A stretch of DNA of 64,000 nt from an uncultured Clostridia bacterium (lineage in GTDB: Bacteria > Bacillota_I > Bacilli_A > RF39 > UBA660): contig CAMNBS010000001.1 of the NCBI GenBank assembly GCA_946533175.1, positions 35,316 through 99,315 on the forward strand, written 5' to 3'. This document shows positions 1 to 9,299 of the stretch, piece by piece (position 1 is the stretch's first letter; each line of letters begins with the position of its first letter). The notes under the pieces were generated by a model. It was not told where the DNA came from, did no database searches, and was given only the letters and a program-made list of their open reading frames with translations. The translations under genes and the position numbers were made by a program.

Positions 1-694
1 TTATTAGTTCATAAACGAGTATTCCCGTTGCTACTGAAGCATTTAAACTATTAACCTTTCCATACATAGGAATACTAACTATACAATCACATGAATCACG
101 TACAATTCTCGTTAAACCATTACCTTCATTACCAATTATTAGTGCAGACTTAGGAGCATAATCTACTTTTTTATAATCTTCACCATCCATAGAAGCTCCA
201 TAGATAAAAAATCCACATTTTTTAAGATATTTAATAGTATTATTCAAATTAGTAACTTGGCATATTTTCACATTAAATAAAGTTCCAACACTAGTTTTCA
301 TAACTGTTTCATTAACAGAAACACTTCGATTAACTGGCAATACTATTCCATCAATACCACTAGCTTCCGCAGTTCTAACTATTGCTCCTAAATTATGTGG
401 ATCTTCTAAGTGATCAAGTATTAAAATAGTACACTTTTCTTTATTACCAATAATATTATCAAGTGAGGTATAATTAAAATCCCCTACCTCTAATATTACA
501 CCTTGATGATTGTTTTTGACAAGACTATCAAGTTTTTGCTTTTCTTCATAAAAAACCGGAATTTTTTTTATTTTTAATAATGATAAAATATCTCTTTCAT
601 TAAAATTATTTTGACAAATCGCTCTTTTAATTATAATTTCTTCATGAAAATTTTTTAAAATTTCTTTAACATTATTTCTTCCTGATACTAACAT
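1..694 (-). CDS. rlmB: 23S rRNA (guanosine-2'-O)-methyltransferase, SpoU/TrmH family (RlmB-like); complete, stop at 1-3
   Basis: Own minus-strand translation from ATG at 694 (RBS GGAGG at 699-703) shows the three SpoU motifs: ILDHLEDPHNLGAIVRTAEASG, IGNEGNGL, VSIPMYGKVNSLNASVATGILVYE. Position downstream of cysS-mrnC matches the Bacillus cysS-mrnC-rlmB order. Not in the ORF track because it abuts the window edge. Confidence 0.8.
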   Translation of the reverse strand, partial: MLVSGRNNVKEILKNFHEEIIIKRAICQNNFNERDILSLLKIKKIPVFYEEKQKLDSLVKNNHQGVILEVGDFNYTSLDNIIGNKEKCTILILDHLEDPHNLGAIVRTAEASGIDGIVLPVNRSVSVNETVMKTSVGTLFNVKICQVTNLNNTIKYLKKCGFFIYGASMDGEDYKKVDYAPKSALIIGNEGNGLTRIVRDSCDCIVSIPMYGKVNSLNASVATGILVYELI

Positions 695-791
695 AAAACC
701 TCCAACTGAGAATAATTTGACTTTTTTAGTCCATATATATTTGTAATTATAACATATTTTAGCCAAAAGAAAAAGATGACACTCCACATAT

Positions 792-1178
792 CTAGCTTAG
801 AATTATCATCATTATTTCTTCAATTCTCTTAATATTTCCTTCTAGTTTTAAATAACCAATTAAAGCTTCTAAACCTGTAGCATATTTATATGTTACAATA
901 TCACAATTTCTTTTTTTAGTGACAGATTTATGATTTCTTGCCCGCCTAATTATTTCTAATTCTTTTTCTGTGAAAAAGTTATCATCAACTAATTTTTTAA
1001 CCCAAAAACATTGCGCAGGAGCGCTGACATATTTAATTGCTTCACTTTGCAAACTATTAACATTACCAATTCCTTTTTTAATCAAATATTCTCGGACATA
1101 ATCTTCATAAATCGTATCACCTAAATAAGCCAAAACTAAAGAGTTTATTTCTTTAATCATCACGTCTACCAACAACAA
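792..1178 (-). CDS. mrnC: Mini-ribonuclease 3 (Mini-RNase III); true start probably Met7 at 1160
   Basis: RNase III signature LAYLGDTIYEDYVREYL; about 125 aa; sits between cysS and rlmB as in Bacillus. Confidence 0.7.
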   Translation of the reverse strand: MLLVDVMIKEINSLVLAYLGDTIYEDYVREYLIKKGIGNVNSLQSEAIKYVSAPAQCFWVKKLVDDNFFTEKELEIIRRARNHKSVTKKRNCDIVTYKYATGLEALIGYLKLEGNIKRIEEIMMIILS

Positions 1179-1833
1179 TTAATACTAATCGTAATACTTC
1201 CATAAGGGTTGATAATACACCTGCAACATAAGTAAGAGCAGCTGATGTCAACATTTTTTTAGCTCCACTATATTCCTCTTTATCAACAATGGCATACTCT
1301 TCTATTTTTTTTAAAGCTCTTTTGGAGGCATCAAACTCCACCGGTAAAGTAACTAGTTGAAATAATAAAATAATTACTTCAAAAGCAATACCTACCCAGA
1401 TTAACTTAACTAAACTAAGAACAAAACCAATCATAATCGCTACATAACCAATTTTTGTAGAAAAATTAACTATTGGAATAATACTGTTACGAAATCTTAA
1501 AAAGGTATATCCCTCTTTATCCTGGATGGCATGACCGCATTCGTGAGCAGCAACACTAGCAGCTGCTACTGTTTGACCATGATAAATATCCGATGACAAT
1601 TTAACCACTTTTTTAGATGGATCATAATGATCTGTTAAATCTCCTTGAGTTTCTAAAATTAAAACATTTGATAAACCATTTCTATCTAATATCTCCCTAG
1701 CTACATCAAAACCACTTTTTTTCTTTTTTATATATACTTGTTTATACTTACGATAATTTAAGCTAATATAAGCTTGAGCTCCACTAGTTATCAAAAAAGC
1801 TCCTAAAATTAAAATTAAAGATATAAAATCCAT
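1153..1833 (-). CDS. Zn-dependent membrane metallopeptidase, YugP family (Zn_peptidase_2)
   Basis: HExxH motif (AAHECGHAIQD) flanked by TM segments; 226 aa; RBS GAGAGGTGA before the ATG at 1833. Confidence 0.6.
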   Translation of the reverse strand: MDFISLILILGAFLITSGAQAYISLNYRKYKQVYIKKKKSGFDVAREILDRNGLSNVLILETQGDLTDHYDPSKKVVKLSSDIYHGQTVAAASVAAHECGHAIQDKEGYTFLRFRNSIIPIVNFSTKIGYVAIMIGFVLSLVKLIWVGIAFEVIILLFQLVTLPVEFDASKRALKKIEEYAIVDKEEYSGAKKMLTSAALTYVAGVLSTLMEVLRLVLIVVGRRDD

Positions 1834-1918
1834 AAGTCACCTCTCTTAAATCATATAATAAAAAACATGTTTTTTCAATAGTATTATTCTAAAAGAAAAC
1901 TATAGTTTTCACTATAGA

Positions 1919-3313
1919 TTATTCTCTAATTTCATAAATTGTACCGTCTCTTGTATCTTTTAAAATTATTCCCAATTCTTGTAAATGATTTCTAATTTCA
2001 TCAGCTTGTTGATAATCCTTATTCTTTTTAGCCTCGTTACGTTTTTCAATTAAATTTTCTATTTCTTTTTCATCAATATTTATATTCTTTTCTATTTCTT
2101 TTGTTAAATCAAGTGATAGTACTCCATCAAATTCATCAATCAATTTTAATTTTGTATAATCATTCATATCACTTTTTAAAACATCATAAACCGTTGTTAA
2201 AGCAAGAGATGTATTTAAATTATTATTCATACTATCAATAAATTGTTGTTGATATTTAGCATAATTATTATCTAATTTATCCTCTTGTCTACTTAATCCA
2301 CTAATACGTTTTTTTAATTTTAAATAAGCTTTTTCTGAACCAATTAAATTATCATACGAAAACATTAAAGGTTTACTATAATGACTAGACAAAACCATAT
2401 AACGATAAGAAAGAGGATTAAATCCTTTATTAATTAAAGTATCAACAGTAACAAATTCTCCATTACTCTTACTCATTTTACCATTGGCATCATTTAAATG
2501 CTCAACATGAAACCAATAATTACACCATTTGTGACCTAGATAAGCTTCACTTTGAGCTATTTCATTTGTATGATGAGGAAAAATATTATCAATCCCACCA
2601 CAATGAATATCTAAATATTCTCCCAAATATTTCATTGATATACCAGAACATTCAATATGCCAACCAGGATATCCTAATCCCCAAGGGGAAGACCATTTTA
2701 ATTCTTGATCATCAAACTTACTCTTTGTAAACCATAAAACAAAATCAGTTTTATTTTTTTTATTTGTATCAGCTAAAACATCTTCACGAGCTCCAACAAT
2801 CAAATCATCTTCATTATGATTAGTTAGGACGTAATAATTATCTAATTTAGAAGTATCAAAATATACATTGCCACCAGCAATATAAGCATAGCCTGTATCC
2901 AATAATTTACTGATGATTTTGATATATTCATTAATTAAACTAGTAGCGGGAATTACAGTATCTGGTTTTCGTATATTTAACTTTTCAGCATCTATAAAAA
3001 ATTTTTCAGTATAAAACTTCGCTATATCTAAGACACTTTTATGTTCATGTTTAGCACTTAAAACCATCTTATCAGATCCCAAATCTGAATCACCAGTTAA
3101 ATGTCCTACATCCGTTATATTCATAACACGATCAACTTTTAAACCAATATATTTTAAATATTTTTCTAAAACATCTTCACAAATATATGTACGCAAATTT
3201 CCTATATGAGCATAATGATATACTGTTGGTCCACAAGTATACATTTTAACAATACCAGACTTGTTTGGAACAAATTCTTCTATTTTCCTTGTTAAAGTGT
3301 TAAAGATTTCCAT
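1919..3313 (-). CDS. cysS: Cysteine--tRNA ligase
   Basis: HIGH-type motif (YAHIGNLRTY) and KMSKS motif (GKMSKSNGEF). Start reassigned to the ATG at 3313, which has a GGAGGT RBS 7 nt upstream; the ORF-track N-terminal extension lacks an RBS. Confidence 0.9.
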   Translation of the reverse strand: MEIFNTLTRKIEEFVPNKSGIVKMYTCGPTVYHYAHIGNLRTYICEDVLEKYLKYIGLKVDRVMNITDVGHLTGDSDLGSDKMVLSAKHEHKSVLDIAKFYTEKFFIDAEKLNIRKPDTVIPATSLINEYIKIISKLLDTGYAYIAGGNVYFDTSKLDNYYVLTNHNEDDLIVGAREDVLADTNKKNKTDFVLWFTKSKFDDQELKWSSPWGLGYPGWHIECSGISMKYLGEYLDIHCGGIDNIFPHHTNEIAQSEAYLGHKWCNYWFHVEHLNDANGKMSKSNGEFVTVDTLINKGFNPLSYRYMVLSSHYSKPLMFSYDNLIGSEKAYLKLKKRISGLSRQEDKLDNNYAKYQQQFIDSMNNNLNTSLALTTVYDVLKSDMNDYTKLKLIDEFDGVLSLDLTKEIEKNINIDEKEIENLIEKRNEAKKNKDYQQADEIRNHLQELGIILKDTRDGTIYEIRE

Positions 3314-3363
3314 AAACATACCTCCAAATATGTTTTTATTATACATGATTTCTTATATAAAGT

Positions 3364-5628
3364 CTATATTTTCAAAGTATTTCTTTTCTTTAAAAGATTA
3401 TTAATAATAATATCATCTATTTTTTCTTCTAATAATTTATTAGCACGTCTCGCTCCATATATTTCATAATCACTTTCATCTATAATATCATCAATTATTT
3501 TTTTACTAATTCTTATATTAACTTCATTTTGATATTTTTTCTTTATATTATGAATTTTTAGCTTAATTATTTTATCAATATCATCTCGTGTTAAATGATT
3601 AAATGAACATATTAAATTAATACGATTAACTAGTGGAGTGGATAAAAAATTTCTAATTTCACTTTCAACTTTTACATTATTATTAAACCCTATAACTTCC
3701 TTATCACAACCAATGTTACTAGTCATAAAAATAATAGCATTATTTAAATATATTTTCTCACCATGGCAATTAGTAATAATTCCTTCATCTAAAGCTTGTA
3801 AAAAGAGATTAATAACTTCTGGATGAGCTTTTTCTATTTCATCTAAAAGAATAATACAATAGGGATTATTTTTTATTTTCTCTAAAACATTATCCGTATC
3901 ATTGTAACCAACATATCCTGGTGGAGAGCCAATTATTTTGCTTACAGAATGCGCTTCTTTATATTCACTCATATCAAGACGTATTAAAGGAATATTTAAA
4001 TACTTGCTATATTCTTTAACTAACATTGTTTTACCAACACCACTATTCCCAATAAATAAAAATGAATATGGTAAATTGTTCTTTAATCCTAATAATATTT
4101 TTTTGGTAACCTTAGTAATTTTATCAATAACATCATCCTGACCAATAACTATTTTCTTTAATTTACATGCTAAATCAACTAATTTTTCTTTACCATGATG
4201 TATTTCATAAATAGGAATATGAGTTTTACTTTCAATAACACTAGCTACATCTTCTCGTGTTATTATTTTTCGTTTATTATCACTAATACTTAATGATATT
4301 TCATTTATGGTACTTTCTAATTGCATCTCATTTTCTTTAATACTAGAAGCCTCATTATATTGATGATGAATAATTAATCTATTTTTTTTCTCTTTAATCT
4401 GGTTTAATTCTTCCTTTAATTTATCCAATTTCAAATATTTATTTCCTTTATTTAAAGATACTTTTGTACAAACAATATCTAAAATATCAAGGGACTTATC
4501 GGGATTATTTCGATCTTTAATATATTTATCTGTTAATTCTACTAATGAATCAATAACATCTATTGATATATTAACATGATGATAATCTTCATATATATTT
4601 TTTAAATTATATAATATTTTTTTAGTTTCTAAAAGATTATTTTCTTGAATTATAATATTTTGAAAACGTCGATTTAAAGCTTTATCTTTTGCAATGGTAT
4701 CTTTATATTCTTTAATTGTTGTTGCTCCAATAAGTCGAATATTTCCTCTCGCTAATGCTGGTTTTAAAATATTTGATGCATCAATAGCACCTTCTGCCCC
4801 ACCAGCACCTACAATGGTATGAACTTCATCAATAAAAACAATTAAATTATCATTGGTTTCTAATTCTTTTAAGATTTTATTTATTCGTTCTTCAAATTCT
4901 CCGCGATATTTAGTACCCGCTACACATGAAGCAACGGAAAGACTTAATATTCTTTTATTTTTCAACTTATCCGGAACTTTCCCTTTTACTATTCTACTAG
5001 CTAATTCCTCAACAATTGCAGTTTTGCCAACACCTGCTTCACCAATTAATAAAGGATTATTTTTATTTCGGCGAAGAAGAATTTCAATTACCTCATTAAC
5101 TTCTTTATCTCGCCCAATTAATGGATCAAAACCTGATTCGAACGCCTTCTTAGTCAAATCAATACTACAATCATTAATTAATAATTTTTTATTATTTTTC
5201 TTACACTTATTGTTTTTATTTAATTCTTCATATAAATCATCAATATTAAATCCCAAATTTGTCAAAATACGAACTGCTACTCCTTCCCCCTCATCTAAAA
5301 TAGATAGCATAATATCTTCAAGAGTTATTTCCTTACCATTATTATCCTTCACTTCCATTAAGGCATTTTCTAATACTCTTTTTAAAAGGGGAGTATATAT
5401 TAAATATTCATTGTTGCTTTCACCAATTCCCATGTTTTTTATTAATTCCTCTTTAAACAATTCATAATTTAAACCATAATTCAGTAATTTTTGGGACAAT
5501 TCTGTTTTACTATTTAAAATACTTAATAAAACATGTTCACTACCAATAAAACTGTGTTTTAACTTGCACATTTCCATTTTAGCATTTTTTAATATTTTTT
5601 GAGCTTCTTCACTAAACTTTATAAACAT
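3364..5628 (-). CDS. clpC: Clp ATPase, ClpC-like (two AAA+ modules, Clp_N repeats, UVR-like middle region)
   Basis: Clp_N (FSEEAQKILKNAKMEM...), Walker [16 protein letters not shown] (NBD1) and GNSGVGKTML (NBD2), Walker B IVFIDEVH and IILLDEIEKAH, VIGF loop. Start moved to the ATG at 5628 (RBS GGAGGA). Confidence 0.8.
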   Translation of the reverse strand: MFIKFSEEAQKILKNAKMEMCKLKHSFIGSEHVLLSILNSKTELSQKLLNYGLNYELFKEELIKNMGIGESNNEYLIYTPLLKRVLENALMEVKDNNGKEITLEDIMLSILDEGEGVAVRILTNLGFNIDDLYEELNKNNKCKKNNKKLLINDCSIDLTKKAFESGFDPLIGRDKEVNEVIEILLRRNKNNPLLIGEAGVGKTAIVEELASRIVKGKVPDKLKNKRILSLSVASCVAGTKYRGEFEERINKILKELETNDNLIVFIDEVHTIVGAGGAEGAIDASNILKPALARGNIRLIGATTIKEYKDTIAKDKALNRRFQNIIIQENNLLETKKILYNLKNIYEDYHHVNISIDVIDSLVELTDKYIKDRNNPDKSLDILDIVCTKVSLNKGNKYLKLDKLKEELNQIKEKKNRLIIHHQYNEASSIKENEMQLESTINEISLSISDNKRKIITREDVASVIESKTHIPIYEIHHGKEKLVDLACKLKKIVIGQDDVIDKITKVTKKILLGLKNNLPYSFLFIGNSGVGKTMLVKEYSKYLNIPLIRLDMSEYKEAHSVSKIIGSPPGYVGYNDTDNVLEKIKNNPYCIILLDEIEKAHPEVINLFLQALDEGIITNCHGEKIYLNNAIIFMTSNIGCDKEVIGFNNNVKVESEIRNFLSTPLVNRINLICSFNHLTRDDIDKIIKLKIHNIKKKYQNEVNIRISKKIIDDIIDESDYEIYGARRANKLLEEKIDDIIINNLLKKRNTLKI

Positions 5629-5713
5629 ATCATCCTCCATATATATTATATGGATATAATAAATAATTACTCATTTATCTCTTCGACAAAAAAAAGAACT
5701 CTATAATAGAGTT

Positions 5714-7366
5714 CTAAACAAAGAATTGCAATACAATAATAAATGTAATAAAAATTACCAAAACAATTTCTAATATTGGACGCCACATCTTCTTCAACCA
5801 TGTAGTATATTTAATATCCAATATAGATAAATTGAATAATAAAATTGTACTAGTTGGAGCTACTAAAAGAGCTAAACCATACATTGCTTGAGTAATTAAT
5901 CCACATAATGGATATACACTTGCACTAGTAAAATAACTTGTAGCATAGCTTAATGTTAGAGCACCATATCGATAATAAGTAAAATCAGTATTAAATAATG
6001 CACTAACGAAAGTACAAATTGGATACCAAAGAATACTTAATCCATCAGTTAACTTTAATAATGGCTTTAACATAGTTAAAATAACTGGATGTGATGATAT
6101 CAAAATTAAAACAGTATAGCTTAATAAAGCAACAAAGGCACCATATAAGACATTTTTAATACCTTTTCCATAGTTAGAAATAGCATCTTCAAAAGAAATA
6201 TGATACGTAAACTTAATTACTAATCCTAATATCAACATTACGGCAATATAATCATTATAAGTCCATTTTCCAAAAGCCTGAACAGATCCTAGTAATTTTT
6301 CCCAAGTAAAGGCATTAATTAAACCATCAACTTTAATTAATTCTAATGCTTTAGTTAAAATATCCGTAACTTTAAATACATCTTCAAACATTATTTTTAG
6401 AAGAGCAAGTAAGGCAAATACACCAAAAATAATGGTAACAATTAAGCGACGCTTACTCATAAAATGTTCAGATTTGTTAAGATTCTTTCTTTTTTTATAA
6501 ACACTATAAAGAACATTATATAGACAAACTAATGCACAAACTGTTAACACCACATATTTAGATAATACTTTACTAGCTAAAATATTTTCATGTAATGTAT
6601 CAAAGAAAGTAATATTAAAGGCTCCTGACCAATCTATTGTTGATAAAATAACAACAAGTATAAAGACAATTAACATTACAGCAAGTGGCCATACTTTAGC
6701 AGATTTTTCTTTTACTTTAGCCGGAATTAAAAAACCTTCCTCTACATTCTTTTCTCTTTCTTGTTTACGATTATGTAAGATAATATTAACTATAATAATA
6801 GCTGAACAAACAACTAATAATACTACTTTTACCCAGATTAGATCATTGTAATTAGTGCTTAATATCTCGTTAAAAGCACCCGCTACTAAACTCGAGAATG
6901 TTGTACCAATAATACCAGCACTTACTGAACCAACTGTAATCATTGCAGCTGTCATTTTATCATAACCAAGAAGTAAAACAATAGCAGCAATAAATGGTAA
7001 AACTAGCAATGTCTCAAAGGTAAATCCTGTAAATGAAGAGATAATCGCAATAAATAAAACAGTTATAACTAACCAGATAATTTCTCTTCCCTTAATATGA
7101 TTACTAACACGATCAAGAAGTAAACGATATGCAGGTGTTTTATTTAATAATCCATAAAATCCACCAATAGCAATTATATATACAAAAATATAAATAAAGT
7201 TATAAAAGGTAAATACTGGATAGCTAAAAATATTCATAATTCCTGCTTGAGCTCTTTCTGCTTCGACAAGTTCACCATTCAAATAAGTAACTGGCAATAT
7301 CCATGTTAACAATGCAACTATTAAAATAGTCAAAGTAACTACAAATAATGTATTATATTTTTTCAT
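5714..7366 (-). CDS. Polytopic membrane transporter, YfcC/AbgT-related superfamily (YfcC-like)
   Basis: 550 aa with 12 or more TM helices. The ...LGYDKMTAAMITVGSVSAGIIG... segment resembles the YfcC family. Sigma-A promoter on the minus strand: -35 TTGATT at 7408-7413, 17-nt spacer, -10 TATAAT at 7385-7390, RBS AGGAGGAGG. Terminator hairpin at 5687-5715. Confidence 0.45.
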   Translation of the reverse strand: MKKYNTLFVVTLTILIVALLTWILPVTYLNGELVEAERAQAGIMNIFSYPVFTFYNFIYIFVYIIAIGGFYGLLNKTPAYRLLLDRVSNHIKGREIIWLVITVLFIAIISSFTGFTFETLLVLPFIAAIVLLLGYDKMTAAMITVGSVSAGIIGTTFSSLVAGAFNEILSTNYNDLIWVKVVLLVVCSAIIIVNIILHNRKQEREKNVEEGFLIPAKVKEKSAKVWPLAVMLIVFILVVILSTIDWSGAFNITFFDTLHENILASKVLSKYVVLTVCALVCLYNVLYSVYKKRKNLNKSEHFMSKRRLIVTIIFGVFALLALLKIMFEDVFKVTDILTKALELIKVDGLINAFTWEKLLGSVQAFGKWTYNDYIAVMLILGLVIKFTYHISFEDAISNYGKGIKNVLYGAFVALLSYTVLILISSHPVILTMLKPLLKLTDGLSILWYPICTFVSALFNTDFTYYRYGALTLSYATSYFTSASVYPLCGLITQAMYGLALLVAPTSTILLFNLSILDIKYTTWLKKMWRPILEIVLVIFITFIIVLQFFV

Positions 7367-7641
7367 TTTCCCTCCTCCTATTCAATTATACAAAAAAGAA
7401 ATGATATAATCAATTTTTTTTTACATCATTTCACAATAAATATATCAAAAAATATTATTTAATTTCTTCGATAAACAGTATCTTCAACAAAGGAATATTT
7501 AGGAAAGCATCGAGATATTCTTCAATAGCTAAAGCTATTGACAAGTCTTTTTTCACAACCACCTAAATAGACATAAAAGGAAAATGTTAACGCTAAATCG
7601 CTTTCTTCATAATAATCTTCCCTATCACACCAAAGTATTCG

Positions 7642-9204
7642 TTATAAAACATTATCAATATTAATATCTTTATCTGTTATAGTTATTAAAACATCTTTAC
7701 GTTTCTTTTCTTTAGTATTAGTTGCATGCATAGTAACCGTTTTTTCATACATATTACGAACAAATCTTGCATTTCCAAAATTCTTCATGTTTTTATTTTT
7801 AATAATTATTTCTTTGGCTTTATCTAATGCGTCATTTGTAATTTTGAAACCTGCTTTATTAACCATTCCTTTAAATATTTCTAACAATTCATCTACAGTA
7901 TAATCTTTAAAATTTAAAGTATAGCCAATACGTGATGCAATACCTGAATTTGAATTAATAAAATCTTGCATCTCTTTTGTATAACCTGCAAAAATAACAA
8001 CTAAGTTATCACGATTATCTTCCATCGCTTTTATAAGTGTTGCAATAGCTTCATCATTATAAGAATTGTTTTTGCTGGATAAGGAATATGCTTCATCAAT
8101 AAATAATATTCCCCCTAAAGCTCTTTCAATAACACTGTATGTTTTTATTGCAGTTTGTCCAACATATTCCGCCACTAAATCTTTACTTGATACTTCAATT
8201 AGTTTATTTTCTTTAATATAACCTAAATTATATAAAATACCGGATAAACATCTAGCAACTGTCGTTTTACCAGTTCCAGGATTTCCTAAAAATAACATAT
8301 GTAAGTTAACATTAGCAATTTTTAAATCACTTTTTTCTTTTAAACTAATCAAATTAACCAAATCATACAATACCTTTTTTACATCATTAAGTCCAACCAA
8401 GTCATTAAGTTCAGAAAATATCTCTTCTGTACTCTTAACTTCTTTAATTTTAGGAACTTCTTTTTTAAAAGATAAATAATTTATTAATTTATCCCGATAA
8501 GATGAATAATTTATTATATCCTTATGCGTATTAGTAATATAATCTAATAATAATATATTATTAGATTCATCTAAACTAATCTTACTTAAAACTTCATGAT
8601 AAATATCCTGTATATCTGGAATAATTTCAATTAATTTAAAATTAAAGTACTTATTAGTAAGTTCATTATCAAAAGAAGTAAAAAGACTTATATCATCCTT
8701 ATTACCACTTAATAAGGTAATATGATTAGATAGATTATTTTTCAATTGATAAAGAAATAACTTTTTATTATTTTCATCAAGTAATAGAAATCCTTTTAGA
8801 TCAGTTAAAACAACAAGACCATTTTTATCATAAATATCTTTTATATCAACTTTATTTGATAATTCATACATTGATAATTTATATACACTATTATTCTTTA
8901 TATAATGATTATTTTTAACACTTTTTGAAAGTATTTCACTAATTTTATTGACATTTTCTGTGTCATTACTATCTATTATAATATTAAAATCAATATAATT
9001 TTTTTCTTCATTATTAGTATATTTACTCATATACTCAATTATTTGTTTAAGTAAGTTTTTAGATTCATTATCAATATATATAGAATTTATCTCATCTAAT
9101 ATATTAATTTCATCATCATTATTCTTCACTTTTTCTACGTTAATTTCATTCTTTTCTACTTTAAAAAAATCATTATATATATCATTAAAATATCTATTAT
9201 TCAT
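7642..9204 (-). CDS. AAA+ ATPase of the SpoVK/CbbX/EccA clade with a unique ~270-aa N-terminal extension
   Basis: Walker A LFLGNPGTGKTTVAR, Walker B ILFIDEAYSL, sensor region and ...FAGYTKEMQDF..., all typical of SpoVK/CbbX. N-terminal half is Asn/Lys-rich and unrecognised. Confidence 0.7.
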   Translation of the reverse strand: MNNRYFNDIYNDFFKVEKNEINVEKVKNNDDEINILDEINSIYIDNESKNLLKQIIEYMSKYTNNEEKNYIDFNIIIDSNDTENVNKISEILSKSVKNNHYIKNNSVYKLSMYELSNKVDIKDIYDKNGLVVLTDLKGFLLLDENNKKLFLYQLKNNLSNHITLLSGNKDDISLFTSFDNELTNKYFNFKLIEIIPDIQDIYHEVLSKISLDESNNILLLDYITNTHKDIINYSSYRDKLINYLSFKKEVPKIKEVKSTEEIFSELNDLVGLNDVKKVLYDLVNLISLKEKSDLKIANVNLHMLFLGNPGTGKTTVARCLSGILYNLGYIKENKLIEVSSKDLVAEYVGQTAIKTYSVIERALGGILFIDEAYSLSSKNNSYNDEAIATLIKAMEDNRDNLVVIFAGYTKEMQDFINSNSGIASRIGYTLNFKDYTVDELLEIFKGMVNKAGFKITNDALDKAKEIIIKNKNMKNFGNARFVRNMYEKTVTMHATNTKEKKRKDVLITITDKDINIDNVL

Positions 9205-9221
9205 AAAAACTCCTCGTCATT

Positions 9222-9250
9222 ATTGTATCAAATATCAATATTTATGGCAA
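9222..9250 (-). promoter_or_regulatory. Promoter of the AAA+ ATPase gene
   Basis: On the mRNA strand: -35 TTGCCA (plus 9245-9250), 17 nt, -10 TACAAT (plus 9222-9227), RBS GAGGAG, then the ATG at 9204. Confidence 0.5.
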
Positions 9251-9255
9251 ATACT

Positions 9256-9277
9256 TTATCCACATAATTGTGGATAA
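9256..9277. promoter_or_regulatory. Perfect 22-bp palindrome of two consensus DnaA boxes (TTATCCACA-TAAT-TGTGGATAA)
   Basis: Read directly. It ends 5 nt from the -35 of the AAA+ ATPase promoter and sits just after the telA terminator hairpin (9281-9299). Confidence 0.6.
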
Positions 9278-9280
9278 AAA

Positions 9281-9299
9281 AATAAGCCTTAAGCTTATT
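9281..9299 (-). terminator. Putative terminator hairpin at the telA stop
   Basis: AATAAGC-CTTAA-GCTTATT followed by a U-run on the mRNA strand; AT-rich stem, so moderate strength. Confidence 0.35.

Noticed and set aside
4853-5467. 204-aa plus-strand ORF
   Set aside because: Antisense to the conserved AAA+ region of the ClpC-like gene. The same antisense artefact, sharing the SNSPRYL(V/A)PAT peptide, appears opposite clpB at 19303-19665. This is typical shadow-ORF behaviour of Clp ATPase genes.
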